Shown: positions 1 through 11,117 of the stretch, in pieces | Layout of the letters: the number at the start of each line of letters is the position of its first letter | How positions within the stretch are numbered: the first letter of the stretch is position 1 | Assembly: GCA_964536865.1 (NCBI GenBank) | Contig: CAZHYN010000012.1 | Location: 15,093-47,092 of the forward strand | Origin: an uncultured Planctomycetia bacterium | GTDB lineage: Bacteria; Omnitrophota; Gorgyraeia; Duberdicusellales; 4484-171 | Direction: 5' to 3' | DNA length: 32,000 bases | Notes under the pieces: model-generated | What the model was told of the DNA's origin: nothing | The model's database searches: none | What the model saw: the letters and a program-made list of their open reading frames with translations, nothing else | Made by a program: the position numbers and the translations under genes

Positions 1-473
1 TAAAAGTGAAGAGAAGAATCAGCTGGCAAAACTAAGGGGGTAAATAGACACATTCTCCCCTGAGGAGAAGCATCTACATCATAAAAGAAAGGGAAATCAG
101 AGAGCTTTAGCAACTGCAAAATAGGTAACTGATTTTTCTGTAGAGATATAGAATAAAAAGCAATCGGTGCTTTTTCCTCAAGTTCCTCTCTGAATATAGC
201 TTTTCTCAAAAAATAACTAAGGATTATTTCTTTATCTCTTATGAGGGAAGGTAAAGATATCCTTTCCCAAAAAGAGGGTATCAAATACTCAGGAAGATTA
301 ACAGTTTTTGAAGGTAAAGGAAGCAAATCTTGAGAGGAAAGTAAATCTAACCAACTTACCATTATGGGCATAGTTTTCTTCTCCAGTATAGGTTGAGTAA
401 AAATAATAATACTTAGATGAAGAATAAAAGAGATAAAAATACAGATAAGGATATTTTTATTAAATATTCTCAT
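1..473 (-). CDS. Partial CDS (continues past left edge): membrane-anchored protein, possibly TonB-family energy transducer
   Basis: Absent from the ORF track because the window edge cuts it. My translation of the minus strand from ATG 473-471 stays open to position 1 (MRIFNKNILICIFISFILHLSIIIFTQPILEKK...). It has a single N-terminal hydrophobic helix with S-x3-H (SFILH), as in TonB anchors. It starts 11 nt after the exbD stop, giving the classic exbB-exbD-tonB order. No Pro-rich spacer is visible in the part seen, so the family call is tentative. Confidence 0.35.
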   Translation of the reverse strand, partial: MRIFNKNILICIFISFILHLSIIIFTQPILEKKTMPIMVSWLDLLSSQDLLPLPSKTVNLPEYLIPSFWERISLPSLIRDKEIILSYFLRKAIFREELEEKAPIAFYSISLQKNQLPILQLLKLSDFPFFYDVDASPQGRMCLFTPLVLPADSSLHF

Positions 474-483
474 ATATGGAAGC

Positions 484-882
484 TTAATCTTGGTAAGTAG
501 TTGCAATACCAATCTTCCCTATTCCTAACTTTTTACACACATCCCAAACTTTTACTACCACTCCTAAGCTAGCATCTTTATCGGCCTTTATGAATACAGA
601 GTCAGCTTTTATCTTCCGCATATAGTTCTCTAAATCCGAAATACTTACAGGTTTTCCCTGAAGATACACTATATCCTCGGAAGAAATTACTACTGTCAAA
701 GTTCGTCTCTCTATACTTTCGCTAGTAACTGCCTTTGGCAATTTTACATTAATTCCTGGAACCACTACAAAACTGGAGGTGAGCATAAAAAATACCAAGA
801 GCAAAAATACACAGTCTATTAAAGGAGCTATCTCCATCTGTCTTAGACCACTCTCTACAGTTAATCTTTTTTTAAATCTCAT
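484..882 (-). CDS. exbD: Biopolymer transport protein ExbD/TolR
   Basis: 132-aa ORF with one N-terminal TM helix carrying the ExbD/TolR-type motif (EIAPLIDCVFLLLVFFM) and a periplasmic C-domain. Overlaps the exbB stop by 11 nt. Confidence 0.8.
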   Translation of the reverse strand: MRFKKRLTVESGLRQMEIAPLIDCVFLLLVFFMLTSSFVVVPGINVKLPKAVTSESIERRTLTVVISSEDIVYLQGKPVSISDLENYMRKIKADSVFIKADKDASLGVVVKVWDVCKKLGIGKIGIATTYQD

Positions 883-1504
883 GAGAGTATGGAGCCCCTG
901 AAAGTACTCTAAGTAACTCTGTAGTAGCTCGCTCAGCAGTAAGGGTATAAAGATTTACTCGATGAACAAAATAATTGTAAGCAATAAAACTAGGGATAGC
1001 TACACAAAGTCCTGCAGCAGTAGTAAGAAGTGCCTCCCATATTCCTCCTGCTAAGTCAGAAGGATTTACCATACCCACAGTTGCTGCCTTCTGCTCAATT
1101 ACGTAAAAAGACTTAACCATCCCCATAACTGTTCCTAGTAAACCTAAAAGAGGACTGATATGAGCGATAGTACTTAAAAAATTGATATTTCTTTCTAATT
1201 TAGGAATTTCATAAAGAGAGGCCTCCTCCATAGCTTCTCTGATAACCTCCTTAGACTGATCATAATGGAGGAGTCCTGCTTTAAGAATGTTAGTAAGATA
1301 AGAGGGGTATTTTTCGCATACCTGGATAGCTTCTCTTATTCTATTCCTTCTTACGTAGCTTAAAATCTGTGTAAGTAACTCAGAAATATTCAGTTTAATA
1401 CGAGAAAAATAAATAAGTCTCTCAATAATTATAGCTAAAGAGAATATAGAACACAAAAGGATAGGTAACATGAGCCAACCGCCTTTAAAGATAAGCTGTA
1501 TCAT
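872..1504 (-). CDS. exbB: MotA/TolQ/ExbB proton-channel protein
   Basis: 210-aa ORF with three TM segments and the family-typical region PLLGLLGTVMGM...AGGIWEALLTTAAGL. AAGGAGG lies just upstream of the ATG. Confidence 0.8.
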   Translation of the reverse strand: MIQLIFKGGWLMLPILLCSIFSLAIIIERLIYFSRIKLNISELLTQILSYVRRNRIREAIQVCEKYPSYLTNILKAGLLHYDQSKEVIREAMEEASLYEIPKLERNINFLSTIAHISPLLGLLGTVMGMVKSFYVIEQKAATVGMVNPSDLAGGIWEALLTTAAGLCVAIPSFIAYNYFVHRVNLYTLTAERATTELLRVLSGAPYSHEI

Positions 1505-1534
1505 CTTTCCTCCTTTAAACTTTGCATCTCTTTA

Positions 1535-3979
1535 TTATTTATCTTTCCCTTCTAAAGCTTTAATTTCTTCTATCTTCTTCTTAGCAATCTTTGCCTCAGC
1601 AACTTGAAGTTGAGCAATCCTCTGATATACCTGTTTTGCTTCGTCCAATTTATTTTCTCTTTCATAGATTTTAGCGATACGGAAGTAAGCTTTAACTTTA
1701 TAATCTAAATCGTCAAAAAGATATACTATTCTAAAGTATTGGCTCAAAGCTTCCTCTACTCTTCCTAATTTTTCTAAGCAGTATCCTAAGGAGAAATAAA
1801 CACGAGGTTGAACTATTCCTTTAGCCATAGCTTTCTTAAAAAAAGATACCGCCTTCTTATACTCTTTTAAGTCCTTTAATAGTAGTGCCTTTTTAAATAA
1901 AGCTACACCTGCTGAGGGAGTTTTAAGGTTAGCTAACTTCTCATAAATCCTTAAAGCCTCCTCTGCTTTACCTTCTTGAGCAAGAATATCTGCCCAGAGA
2001 AGCTCTGCTTTATAAGCAACTTTTTTGTTTTTACTTTTCCTTAAACTGTCTAAGTAAGCCTGGACTTTACCAAAATCTCCTTCCTGCCAGTAGAGCCAAG
2101 TCAAAGCCATACTGGCTTCAAAGAATGAGGAGGTATTAGGATAACTTTTAATAACTTTCTGATAATACTGTTTTGCCTGAGAGAACTTACCTTCTTTTTC
2201 ATAAAGATTTCCTAACTCTAAGAGTATAGAAGCTAAATATGTAGATTTAGGAAATTGAACAATAAATTCTTTAAATAGTTTCTCCGCCTGAGCAAATTGA
2301 GAAAGATTTAAGTAAGCATAAGCTAAATCCGTAGTAATTAACTCCAAAAGTCCCTTATCTTTGGCCTTCTTTCTAAGTTGAGTAAAAATCTCTACTGCCT
2401 TCTGATAATTACCTATGTTAAAAAAACATTTCCCGTAAAGGTAAGTCCCTTTTTCTCTTAAAAAATGGTTTTGGTAAACTTGAATGAATTCTTCTAAAAT
2501 ATTTCTGGCATTAACATAATCTCCCTGAGAGAAGTAGCTGGTAGCTAAATAATATTTGGCCTGAGGAATCAACTTAGAAGCGGGGAAATTTTTTTCCAAA
2601 TTCTTAAAGCTCCACTTGGCTTCTTCAAAATGGTTATTCTTCAAAAACACCAATCCAATTTGGAATTGTATATAGTCTGAATAAATGTTGTTGGGATAAT
2701 CTTTTAAGATTTTATTGTAAGTCTCTAAGGCTAAATCATACATCCCTTTCTCTTGATAGGCATCAGCAATTTGGATTTGGGAGCTAACTCTCACGACAGG
2801 ATTATCAGTAAATTTTAAAGTTCTCTTAAATTCCTCTATAGCTTTTTTAAACTCTCCTGTCTTTAAGTAACACCATGCTAATCCATAGTGAGCCCTATCA
2901 ACTACCTCTCTAAAGTTATCTAACCCTCCTTCCTCTAATATATTCCGGTAAAGATATTGAGCATCTTTTATCCTTCCTAATTCATAGAGAATATCTGCTT
3001 TAATTAAAAATACCTTTACTTTATATTTACTCTTAGGAAAATTTACTAAGAAATTTTCACAACATAAAAGACCCTGGTGGTATTCCTTTGCTTTAAAGTG
3101 ATAAGTAATATAAGAAAATTGCTTGAGCTCTTTATCTTCAATATTATCAAACTCCTCTCTTGCCTTAATTAAATTTCCCTCCTCCAACCAGCAAGACCCT
3201 CTCTTATAGAAAAACAGATCTCTAAGATGAGGGGAAAGAGAAAGTTTTAACCCCTTAGAGAAAATTTTTCTAGCCTTAACTACATCTCCCTGTGCATAGA
3301 GAGCTTCTCCTTGATAGAATATTAACTCCCCTTTCTGTTGTTCTTGAGTAATATGAGGAAGATACTCCTCCACCAACTCTATAAGGAGGGTATATTTTTC
3401 TCTAAGATAATAAAGCTTTGCTAACTGAAGGAGAGCGTCTTCTTTCACTTCCCTTACATTACTTTCATCAATTATTTTTTTTAAAGTATTTTCACATTCA
3501 TCGTAACGAGCAAGAGAAAAATAAGACTGTGCTACTAGATAATACCCCCACCAGTAAAGAGAGGAATTTTCAAACTCTTTAATTATTTTTTGAGCATATT
3601 CCAAAGCCTGAGTGTAATTCTTACCTTCTAAGTAGATTTGAGATAACCAATAGTAAATCTCATCAACAAAATCTTTGCTATCTTCGCTTACTAGTAACTC
3701 TTTAAGTATCTGTAAAGAGGATAGATATTTTTTTTGAAAGTAGTATGCCTTAGCGATATAGAGTTTTGCCCTGCCTATATTTTTACTGTCAGGGAAATCC
3801 TGGATAAATTTCTCAAATAAAGTAATACTTGCTTGATAAAAGCCATCAAAGAAAGCTTTCTGAGCTACATAGAAACAATCCTCTTCTGGAGAAGAACAAC
3901 TTACTCGAAGAGGTAAAATAAAGAGCATCATAGTTAAAAAGAGAAGTGTCCATAATTTTAATCTTTTTACATCCTTCAT
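1535..3979 (-). CDS. Large TPR-repeat protein with signal peptide (possible lipoprotein)
   Basis: 814-aa ORF. The N-terminal hydrophobic signal ends ...LPLRVSC (weak lipobox). The rest is a continuous array of TPR-like helix pairs (e.g. [51 protein letters not shown]). The start ATG overlaps the uvrA TGA (ATGA at 3976-3979). Confidence 0.7.
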   Translation of the reverse strand: MKDVKRLKLWTLLFLTMMLFILPLRVSCSSPEEDCFYVAQKAFFDGFYQASITLFEKFIQDFPDSKNIGRAKLYIAKAYYFQKKYLSSLQILKELLVSEDSKDFVDEIYYWLSQIYLEGKNYTQALEYAQKIIKEFENSSLYWWGYYLVAQSYFSLARYDECENTLKKIIDESNVREVKEDALLQLAKLYYLREKYTLLIELVEEYLPHITQEQQKGELIFYQGEALYAQGDVVKARKIFSKGLKLSLSPHLRDLFFYKRGSCWLEEGNLIKAREEFDNIEDKELKQFSYITYHFKAKEYHQGLLCCENFLVNFPKSKYKVKVFLIKADILYELGRIKDAQYLYRNILEEGGLDNFREVVDRAHYGLAWCYLKTGEFKKAIEEFKRTLKFTDNPVVRVSSQIQIADAYQEKGMYDLALETYNKILKDYPNNIYSDYIQFQIGLVFLKNNHFEEAKWSFKNLEKNFPASKLIPQAKYYLATSYFSQGDYVNARNILEEFIQVYQNHFLREKGTYLYGKCFFNIGNYQKAVEIFTQLRKKAKDKGLLELITTDLAYAYLNLSQFAQAEKLFKEFIVQFPKSTYLASILLELGNLYEKEGKFSQAKQYYQKVIKSYPNTSSFFEASMALTWLYWQEGDFGKVQAYLDSLRKSKNKKVAYKAELLWADILAQEGKAEEALRIYEKLANLKTPSAGVALFKKALLLKDLKEYKKAVSFFKKAMAKGIVQPRVYFSLGYCLEKLGRVEEALSQYFRIVYLFDDLDYKVKAYFRIAKIYERENKLDEAKQVYQRIAQLQVAEAKIAKKKIEEIKALEGKDK

Positions 3980-6780
3980 ACTCGAATAAAATTAAAACTC
4001 AATTTATCTTTCAGGAACTTACCTGTATAGGAAGCTTTTATAAGAACAATCTCTTCAGGTGAACCACATCCTATTAAATATCCTCCTTCTTTGCCTCCCT
4101 CTGGCCCTAAATCAATTATATAATCAGCACATTTTATCACATCTAAATTATGCTCGATAACTACTACGGTATTTCTTCTATCTACTAATCTTTGAAGGAC
4201 ACCTAAAAGTTTTTTTATATCATCGAAATGTAAACCTGTGGTAGGCTCATCAAGGATATATAAAGTCTTGCCTGTAGCTTTCTTTCTCAACTGAGAAGCT
4301 AATTTTATCCTCTGTGCCTCTCCTCCTGACAAAGTAGTTGCTGGCTGTCCCATCTTTATATATCCTAAACCCACGTCTTTCAATGTCTGGAGTATATTCT
4401 TAATCTGGGGAAAATTGTAAAATAAATCATAAGCTTCATCTACACTCATCTCTAAAACATCAGCAATACTCTTTCCTTTAAATTTAACTTCTAAGGTCTG
4501 AGCATTGAATCTTTTACCTCCACATACCTGACAGGGTATGTAAACATCGGGAAGAAAATGCATCTCTATTTTCTTTATTCCATCTCCTTTACAAGCCTCA
4601 CATCTCCCTCCTACTACATTAAAACTAAACCGAGAAGGTTTATATCCCCTCGCCCTTGCCTCTGGTAATTGAGCAAACACTTCTCTTATATAAGTAAAAA
4701 CTCCAGTATAAGTAGCAGGGTTAGACCGAGGGGTCCTCCCTATAGGGGATTGATCAACAATAATAACCTTATCAATTAATTCCATCCCTTCTATCCGAGT
4801 ATATAAACCGGGTTTCTCTCGAGAATCATAAAGTTTTCTAGCTAAAGCGCGGTAGAGTATCTCTTCTACTAAAGTAGATTTACCTGAACCAGACACGCCA
4901 GTCACACACACAAATACCCCTAAAGGTATCTTTACATCAATATTTTTTAAATTATGTTCTCTGGCTCCTCTTATTACTATGAAAGGTTTATCTCTATAGG
5001 AACGTCTCATTTTAGGTAACTCTATATACTCCTTCTTGCTTAAATATCTTCCAGTTAAAGAGGATGCATCAAAGATTCCTTCCACTTCCCCACTATAAAC
5101 CACCTTACCCCCGAAGAGACCTGCCCCAGGGCCTAAGTCTACTATCCAATCACTTGCTCTTATCATTGCCTCATCATGCTCCACTACTATCACTGTGTTA
5201 CCCAAATCCCTTAAGTTCTTCAGTGTGTCAATCAATTTTTTCCCATCTCGAGGATGAAGCCCTATAGTAGGCTCATCAAGAATATAAATTACTCCACTTA
5301 ATCCCGAACCTACTTGGGTAGCAAGTCTTATCCTTTGAGACTCCCCTCCTGAAAGAGTAGAACTTAATCTATCAAGGGTAAGGTATCCTAAACCTACATC
5401 AATACAGAACTTCAATCGCTTCTTTATTTCTTTTAGAATATGATGAGCAATTTTTTCCTCCGTAGAAGTTAACTTAAGAGAAGATATAAATTCAAAACAT
5501 TCGCCGATACTTAACCTAACTACATCCCAAATAGATTTACCTCCCAAATATACCGAGAGACTTTCCTTTTTTAAACGCGCTCCTTTGCAACGTGGGCAAG
5601 GAAGTTTGGACATATATTTAGTGAGTTCATGCTTTAGGTAATCACTCTCAGTCTCATTAAAAATTCTTTCCAGATGAGGAATTACCCCCTCAAAGGGTTT
5701 AGACCAAACCCAAACATTATCATCACCATAGAGAATTATATCTTTTACTCTCTTAGGAAGTTTATAGAAAGGGGTCTCCAAACTAAAACCAACCTCATCA
5801 GCTAATTCCCTAAGTAAAGAGCGATAATAAAGAATATAACCCCGTGATCCTCTCCTCCAGGGTTCAATTGCTCCCTCCCTTAGACTCCTTTTTTTATCGG
5901 GAATTACTAAATCCGGATCAAATTCTAAGAGTGTACCTAAACCATTGCAAGAAGGACAAGCACCGTATGGAGAATTAAAGGAAAACATCCTTGGCTCTAA
6001 TTCCGGAAGGTAAATTCCGCAATGAGGACAGCTAAACTTAGTATTGAAAAGATATTCACTATTTTCGTTCTCATCATAGATTAAAAGTAAACCTTCGCCG
6101 TATTTTAAGGCAGTCTCTACAGAATTAGTAATCCTTTCTTTACTAGTGGTAGAGAGAATTACTCTATCAATTACAATCTCTATATTATGAAGTTTATATC
6201 TATCTATTTTTATCTCCTCATCAAGATCATAAATTTTTTTATCCACACGCATTCGCCTGAATCCTTCCCTTAAAAATCGATTAAATAAGGCCTGATATGT
6301 TCCTTTCTTGCCCCTTACTACTGGAGAAAGGATGAAGATTCGATGACCCTTGGGAAAAGAAAGAATCTTCTCAATAATTTGGCTGGAAGTCTCCTTAGTA
6401 ATAGGACGTCCACACTTATGACAATAGGGTCTACCTACACGGGCAAAGAAAAGTCTGAGATAATCATAAATTTCTGTCTGAGTAGCAACTATGGAACGAG
6501 GAGAACCTCCCGCTGTCCTCTGTTCAATAGCGATAGCAGGAGAGAGTCCTTCTATAGATTCTACATCGGGTTTTTGAAACTGTTCTAAAAACTGACGAGC
6601 ATAGCTGGATAAACTCTCCACATACCTACGTTGACCTTCAGCGTAGATAGTATCGAAAGCTAAGGAAGACTTACCACTACCTGAAACTCCCGTGATTACT
6701 ACCAGCTTATTCTTGGGTATCTGTAAATTTATGTTCTTTAGGTTATGAATCTTAGCCCCCTTTATATTTATCGTATCCAT
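3976..6780 (-). CDS. uvrA: Excinuclease ABC subunit A
   Basis: 934 aa. Two ABC ATPase modules ([34 protein letters not shown]; second Walker [10 protein letters not shown]), two LSGGE signatures and Zn-finger Cys clusters (CPHC...CPSC; CEAC...CQVC). Confidence 0.97.
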   Translation of the reverse strand: MDTINIKGAKIHNLKNINLQIPKNKLVVITGVSGSGKSSLAFDTIYAEGQRRYVESLSSYARQFLEQFQKPDVESIEGLSPAIAIEQRTAGGSPRSIVATQTEIYDYLRLFFARVGRPYCHKCGRPITKETSSQIIEKILSFPKGHRIFILSPVVRGKKGTYQALFNRFLREGFRRMRVDKKIYDLDEEIKIDRYKLHNIEIVIDRVILSTTSKERITNSVETALKYGEGLLLIYDENENSEYLFNTKFSCPHCGIYLPELEPRMFSFNSPYGACPSCNGLGTLLEFDPDLVIPDKKRSLREGAIEPWRRGSRGYILYYRSLLRELADEVGFSLETPFYKLPKRVKDIILYGDDNVWVWSKPFEGVIPHLERIFNETESDYLKHELTKYMSKLPCPRCKGARLKKESLSVYLGGKSIWDVVRLSIGECFEFISSLKLTSTEEKIAHHILKEIKKRLKFCIDVGLGYLTLDRLSSTLSGGESQRIRLATQVGSGLSGVIYILDEPTIGLHPRDGKKLIDTLKNLRDLGNTVIVVEHDEAMIRASDWIVDLGPGAGLFGGKVVYSGEVEGIFDASSLTGRYLSKKEYIELPKMRRSYRDKPFIVIRGAREHNLKNIDVKIPLGVFVCVTGVSGSGKSTLVEEILYRALARKLYDSREKPGLYTRIEGMELIDKVIIVDQSPIGRTPRSNPATYTGVFTYIREVFAQLPEARARGYKPSRFSFNVVGGRCEACKGDGIKKIEMHFLPDVYIPCQVCGGKRFNAQTLEVKFKGKSIADVLEMSVDEAYDLFYNFPQIKNILQTLKDVGLGYIKMGQPATTLSGGEAQRIKLASQLRKKATGKTLYILDEPTTGLHFDDIKKLLGVLQRLVDRRNTVVVIEHNLDVIKCADYIIDLGPEGGKEGGYLIGCGSPEEIVLIKASYTGKFLKDKLSFNFIRV

Positions 6781-6781
6781 C

Positions 6782-7585
6782 TTAGTTTCCTATCTTAAGG
6801 TTAGAAACAATCTTTTCTAAAAGAGATTGTGCAGAAAGAATAGCTAAAAAACTGGTTTTGGGGTTTACTATTGTAGGAACATTTTCAACCTTAACCTCTA
6901 TTTTTGCTTTATCCGATTCAACTGTTATCCGATGAACATTTCGTTTGAGTTTACGATCTACCTTTACTATGACTTCAATATCCTTTACTCCCGAAGCCAA
7001 AAAGATAGTTGCAGCAACATTTATGTTTTGGGGGAAAAACTTTATCGCATCCTTTATATTACCTCTAAATAATACCTTCTCTCTTTTACTCTTAGAGTTT
7101 AACTTAGTTAAAAGCTGAGCTCCCTTCAAGGAATGAAAAGATTTAGAAGTTATAAGAGTAATTCTTCTTACCTTAGAAAATTTTATTGCCCCTAAACCAT
7201 CTACCCCACAAATTGCGCCTGAAGGAACATAAACCTTAGATAAACTATTTTTGACTAACTTAACTAAATTGGGATGATTTATAAACACTCCTACGCTTAA
7301 GATAATTAAATCTTTTTTATACTTCAATCCTTTAAGAAGCACCTTCTTAGCGACACCAATATTAGCAGATTCAATAATTAGATCCGACTCCTTCATTACT
7401 CCTTCAAAATCTAACCTTTTAGGTTTTTTGTTTAACTTATTTAGGAGAGAACTCATCTTCTTCTTATCTATATCGTAGAGCCCATAAAGTTCTATCTCTC
7501 TATTTTTAAAATGCCTATCGATAAAGAATGCCAAATTTGTTCCAATTGCTCCACAGCCTATTATTCCTACTTTTATCTTTTTCAC
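6782..7585 (-). CDS. nadX: L-aspartate dehydrogenase
   Basis: 267 aa. N-terminal Rossmann [20 protein letters not shown], and the AspDH C-terminal region [14 protein letters not shown]...NVH...[12 protein letters not shown], as in the Thermotoga TM1643 family. Confidence 0.8.
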   Translation of the reverse strand: MKKIKVGIIGCGAIGTNLAFFIDRHFKNREIELYGLYDIDKKKMSSLLNKLNKKPKRLDFEGVMKESDLIIESANIGVAKKVLLKGLKYKKDLIILSVGVFINHPNLVKLVKNSLSKVYVPSGAICGVDGLGAIKFSKVRRITLITSKSFHSLKGAQLLTKLNSKSKREKVLFRGNIKDAIKFFPQNINVAATIFLASGVKDIEVIVKVDRKLKRNVHRITVESDKAKIEVKVENVPTIVNPKTSFLAILSAQSLLEKIVSNLKIGN

Positions 7586-8436
7586 CTTACTCTCACTAAA
7601 ATATTATCTATTAATCTTGCTCTCCCCAAATAAACAGCTAAAGCTACTAGAATTTTACCTTTATCTATTTTCTTTAGTTCCTGTAAAGTTTCGGGAGAAA
7701 CAATATCTATATAATCTATCTTAGCAGAAGGGATATTTCTTTTTATGAATCTTTTAACCTCATTTCTTATCTTCAAGGGAGAATACTTTTTCTTTAAAAT
7801 CAACTCCTTTGCTAGAATAAGTGATTTATAAAGATAAGGAGCTAACTTTCTCTGATGAGAGGAAAGGTAACTATTACGAGAACTCATTGCTAATCCATCC
7901 TTTTCTCTTATAATGGGGAGGATTTTAATTTTTATCGGAAAGTTTAAATCTCTTACCATTCTTTTTATAATCTGAGCCTGTTGAAAATCTTTTTGCCCGA
8001 AATAAGCAATATCAGGAGTTACAATATTAAAAAGTTTTACTACTACGGTGCATACTCCTCGAAAATGTCCTGGCCTAAACTTTCCACAAAGATACTTACT
8101 TAGAGAAACTTCCTCCACATAGGTAGAGAAGTCTTTAGGATACATAGTAGAAACTTTAGGATAAAAAACTAAATTTACACCTTCTTTCTTTAACAAACTT
8201 TCATCTTTTTTAAAATCCCGGGGGTAGCTATGAAAATCTTCTCCTGCTCCAAACTGGGTAGGATTTACGAATATACTTACCACAACAAAATCACATTCCT
8301 TATGGGCACCTCTTATCAAAGAAAGATGACCCTCATGAAGTGCTCCCATTGTAGGAATGAATCCTATCAGTCTTCCTTTCTTTTTTGTCTTTTTTACTAT
8401 ATCTCTAACTCTCTCAACTGTTCTTGCTACTATCAT
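7582..8436 (-). CDS. panC: Pantoate--beta-alanine ligase
   Basis: 284 aa with PTMGALHEGHLSLI (HxGH-type motif), FGQKDFQQ and SSRNSYL. 4-nt overlaps with both neighbours. Confidence 0.93.
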   Translation of the reverse strand: MIVARTVERVRDIVKKTKKKGRLIGFIPTMGALHEGHLSLIRGAHKECDFVVVSIFVNPTQFGAGEDFHSYPRDFKKDESLLKKEGVNLVFYPKVSTMYPKDFSTYVEEVSLSKYLCGKFRPGHFRGVCTVVVKLFNIVTPDIAYFGQKDFQQAQIIKRMVRDLNFPIKIKILPIIREKDGLAMSSRNSYLSSHQRKLAPYLYKSLILAKELILKKKYSPLKIRNEVKRFIKRNIPSAKIDYIDIVSPETLQELKKIDKGKILVALAVYLGRARLIDNILVRVR

Positions 8437-8876
8437 CTTTTAACTTTTTCCCTTACCTTCTTCAGTATGTTCTCTATGCCAGGTTCGATTTCAAATAAAG
8501 GACCTAAAACAAACTCTCGTTCAAACATCCGGGGATGAGGAATTTTTAAATCAGGCTCATCGATAATTTCCTCTCCATAGAGAAGGATATCTAAATCAAT
8601 TACCCGAGGACCAAATCTAACTTCTCTTTTTCTACCCATCCTTCTTTCTATTCTTTGCAAAGCATCTAATAATTCCTTAGGTGAGTAATCTGTTCTTATC
8701 TTTATTACTCCATTTAAATATTTACCTTGAGGAGGACCTTCTGGTTCTGTTTCTATTATAGAAGATATCTTCTCAACAGTTATTTCAGAATTTCTTTTTA
8801 AAAAATTTATAGCTTTTCTTATATTCTCTTCTCTATCTCCTAAATTTGATCCAATCCCTATGAAGGCTGTCTTCAT
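8433..8876 (-). CDS. folK: 2-amino-4-hydroxy-6-hydroxymethyldihydropteridine diphosphokinase
   Basis: 147 aa with IGIGSNLGDR, RFGPRVIDLDILLY and PHPRMFEREFVLGPL, all typical HPPK motifs. ATGA overlap with the upstream aminotransferase stop. Confidence 0.9.
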   Translation of the reverse strand: MKTAFIGIGSNLGDREENIRKAINFLKRNSEITVEKISSIIETEPEGPPQGKYLNGVIKIRTDYSPKELLDALQRIERRMGRKREVRFGPRVIDLDILLYGEEIIDEPDLKIPHPRMFEREFVLGPLFEIEPGIENILKKVREKVKR

Positions 8877-10045
8877 CCTTTAAGTATAAATATTGCTTTT
8901 CTTAAAATATTCTCTTTTACGGTTAAAGCAAATCTTACAAACCCTTCTCCAAACTTACCGAAACCTATACCAGGTGTAGCTACTATTCTTTTTTTAAGAA
9001 GGTATTTACAGAAATCTATAGAAGATTTAAATTTTTGGGGTAACTTTATCCACACATAAAAGGTACTTTCTGCCCAAAATTTACTAAATCCTAATTCTTT
9101 AAGCCCCTCACAAAATACTTCTTTTCTTTTTTTTATTATTTTTCTTAAATTAATTACATACTTTTTTCCCTTCTCCAAAGCATAAGTGGCGGCATCCTGA
9201 ATAGCAGAAAATATCCCTGAATCAATATTTGTTTTTATCTTTAGGAGTCCGGTTACCAAGTCCTTATTACCACAGCACCAGCCAATTCTAAAGCCAGTCA
9301 TACAAAAGGTCTTAGAGAAGGAATGAAACTCTAGAGTTATCTCTTTTGCTTCCTTTATCTCTAATAAACTGGAAGGCTTTTTTTCAAAATAAATTTCAGA
9401 ATACGCATTATCATAAGCAATAATTATCCTGTATTTAGAGCAAAACTTTACCAATTTCTTTAAAAATTCCTGGGACGCTAAAACAGTTGTGGGGTTGTTG
9501 GGGTAATTAAGATAGATTATCTTTGCTTTATTTCTTATGCTTTTAGGAATTTCCTCTAAATCCGGCAAAAAATTATTCTCCTCCCTTAAAGGTAATTCAA
9601 AAATTTTTGTCTCACAAGTTATCGCTGCTCCTTTATATCCAGGGTATCCAGGAGAGGGAATAATTATATAATCACCTTTATTTACAAAAGCTAAAGGAAA
9701 ATGCACCAGGCCCTCTTTTGAACCAATTAAAGGCAAAATCTCTTTTTCCTCATCTAAATTTACTCCAAACCGTAACTTCATCCACTTTTTTATCGCCCTT
9801 CGCAAACTTAATTTTCCTTTATCTAAAGCGTATTTCTGGTTTTCCTTAATCTTTGCTGATTCATAAAGAACATCAATCATAACCCGAGGAGCAGGTATAT
9901 CAGGATCCCCAATACTTAAATCAATAAATTCTTCCTTTTCTTTTTTTAACTTTTGCTTTAAGCGGTCTATCTCAGCAAATAGATAAGGAGGCAAATTCTT
10001 TAAACGCAAAGAGTATTCAATCATTTTATCTTTCATACCCTCCAA
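8873..10045 (-). CDS. dapL: LL-diaminopimelate aminotransferase (class I/II PLP aminotransferase)
   Basis: N-terminus NLPPYLFAEIDRLK...IDLSIGDPDIP, PLP-lysine motif SFSKTFCMTGFRIGW and NPNNPT. It sits inside a dapA/dapB/dapF/lysA cluster with no dapC/D/E. The track start at 10045 is TTG; ATG at 10036 (GGAGG 2 nt upstream) or 10024 is a more likely start. Confidence 0.7.
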   Translation of the reverse strand: MEGMKDKMIEYSLRLKNLPPYLFAEIDRLKQKLKKEKEEFIDLSIGDPDIPAPRVMIDVLYESAKIKENQKYALDKGKLSLRRAIKKWMKLRFGVNLDEEKEILPLIGSKEGLVHFPLAFVNKGDYIIIPSPGYPGYKGAAITCETKIFELPLREENNFLPDLEEIPKSIRNKAKIIYLNYPNNPTTVLASQEFLKKLVKFCSKYRIIIAYDNAYSEIYFEKKPSSLLEIKEAKEITLEFHSFSKTFCMTGFRIGWCCGNKDLVTGLLKIKTNIDSGIFSAIQDAATYALEKGKKYVINLRKIIKKRKEVFCEGLKELGFSKFWAESTFYVWIKLPQKFKSSIDFCKYLLKKRIVATPGIGFGKFGEGFVRFALTVKENILRKAIFILKG

Positions 10046-10062
10046 CCACCATATAAGGAATT

Positions 10063-10323
10063 TTATTTTTTTCTAAAATTTTTGTTATTTTTATAACGAC
10101 TTTTTTTGTCATTAGCTTTATTTTTATAATTATAATTCAAAATTTTTGCCATTCTTAAAATATGCTCAATACCTTGCAGGGGATTTTTTAAAGGAAAAAC
10201 TTTTAATTCTTTTGCCAGCTCATAAAGACCATCGTAAATTTTTACTCTCCTCTTTAAAGAAATTTTTCTTTTTAAAATCCATTCTTTATTAAATTCTTCC
10301 CAAAGCTTTTTATTTTTAATCAT
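10063..10323 (-). CDS. Small hypothetical protein (86 aa) embedded in the dap operon
   Basis: I place the start at ATG 10323-10321 (MIKNKKLWEEFNKEW...), sharing 1 nt with the dapB TGA (TGATG). The track's 104-aa version would overlap dapB by 55 nt. The core is helical-looking (YDGLYELAKELKVFPLKNPLQGIEHILRMAKILN), followed by a Lys/Asn-rich tail. I recognise no family. Confidence 0.45.
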   Translation of the reverse strand: MIKNKKLWEEFNKEWILKRKISLKRRVKIYDGLYELAKELKVFPLKNPLQGIEHILRMAKILNYNYKNKANDKKSRYKNNKNFRKK

Positions 10324-11036
10324 CAAAATAATACATCCTCCATAGAATATAAACCTGCTTCTTTCCTTGTAATCCATCTTGCTGCAAGAAGTGCACCCTG
10401 AGCAAAAATATCCCTTGTTTTTGCAGAATGAAACAGCTCTAATTTATCAAAATTACTTTCAAAAATGACTTTATGGTCTCCTGTAATCTCATCTTCACGA
10501 ATTGCTTTTATATCCTCTATTTTTATACCAAAACTATACTCATTTAAAATTTCTGCTATTTTTTTTGCGGTTCCCGAAGGAGCATCTTTTTTATGAATAT
10601 GATGAGCTTCCTCAATATAGACTTTATAATCCTTTAAAATTTTTGCTGCCTCTTTAATCAATTTAAAAAAAAGATTAACCGATATACTCATATTAGGTGA
10701 AAATACAATACCGATATCTTGTGAGGCTTCTTTTATCTTTTCTATTTCTTTTTGACTAAAACCAGTAGTTCCTATCACCGCAGGCCTTTTAAACTTTACC
10801 AAATAGGGAAGGTGTTCTAAAGTAGCCTCTGGAGTGCTGAATTCTATAAGACAATCACATTTTTCTATCTCTTCTGGGTATTCTACTATTTTTACACCTT
10901 CAAAAATATCACCTATCTTAGGATGTGCTCTTTTTTCTAATCCAAATACTACCTCTAAATCTTTCTCATTTTTTGCCAAATTTATAACTCTTTTTCCCAT
11001 TCTACCTAAAGCACCACTTACTCCTATCTTTATCAT
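10323..11036 (-). CDS. dapB: 4-hydroxy-tetrahydrodipicolinate reductase
   Basis: 237 aa with GVSGALGRMGK, EAHHIHKKDAPSGTA and the C-terminus FAQGALLAARWI...GLYSMEDVL. Confidence 0.93.
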   Translation of the reverse strand: MIKIGVSGALGRMGKRVINLAKNEKDLEVVFGLEKRAHPKIGDIFEGVKIVEYPEEIEKCDCLIEFSTPEATLEHLPYLVKFKRPAVIGTTGFSQKEIEKIKEASQDIGIVFSPNMSISVNLFFKLIKEAAKILKDYKVYIEEAHHIHKKDAPSGTAKKIAEILNEYSFGIKIEDIKAIREDEITGDHKVIFESNFDKLELFHSAKTRDIFAQGALLAARWITRKEAGLYSMEDVLF

Positions 11037-11117
11037 CTCTCTCCTTTCCTTTTAATCTTTTTAATTTTTAGGTAAAAGAGGAAATCTTTTTAAGATGCTC
11101 TCTTTCTATTTTATATC

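Noticed and set aside
8482-8490. GGTTCGATT, a T-loop-like tRNA motif; also a general scan for tRNA, rRNA and CRISPR repeats.
   Set aside because: The motif lies inside folK with no acceptor or anticodon arms around it. I found no cloverleaf-compatible region, no rRNA-like conserved blocks and no regularly spaced direct repeats anywhere in the window.
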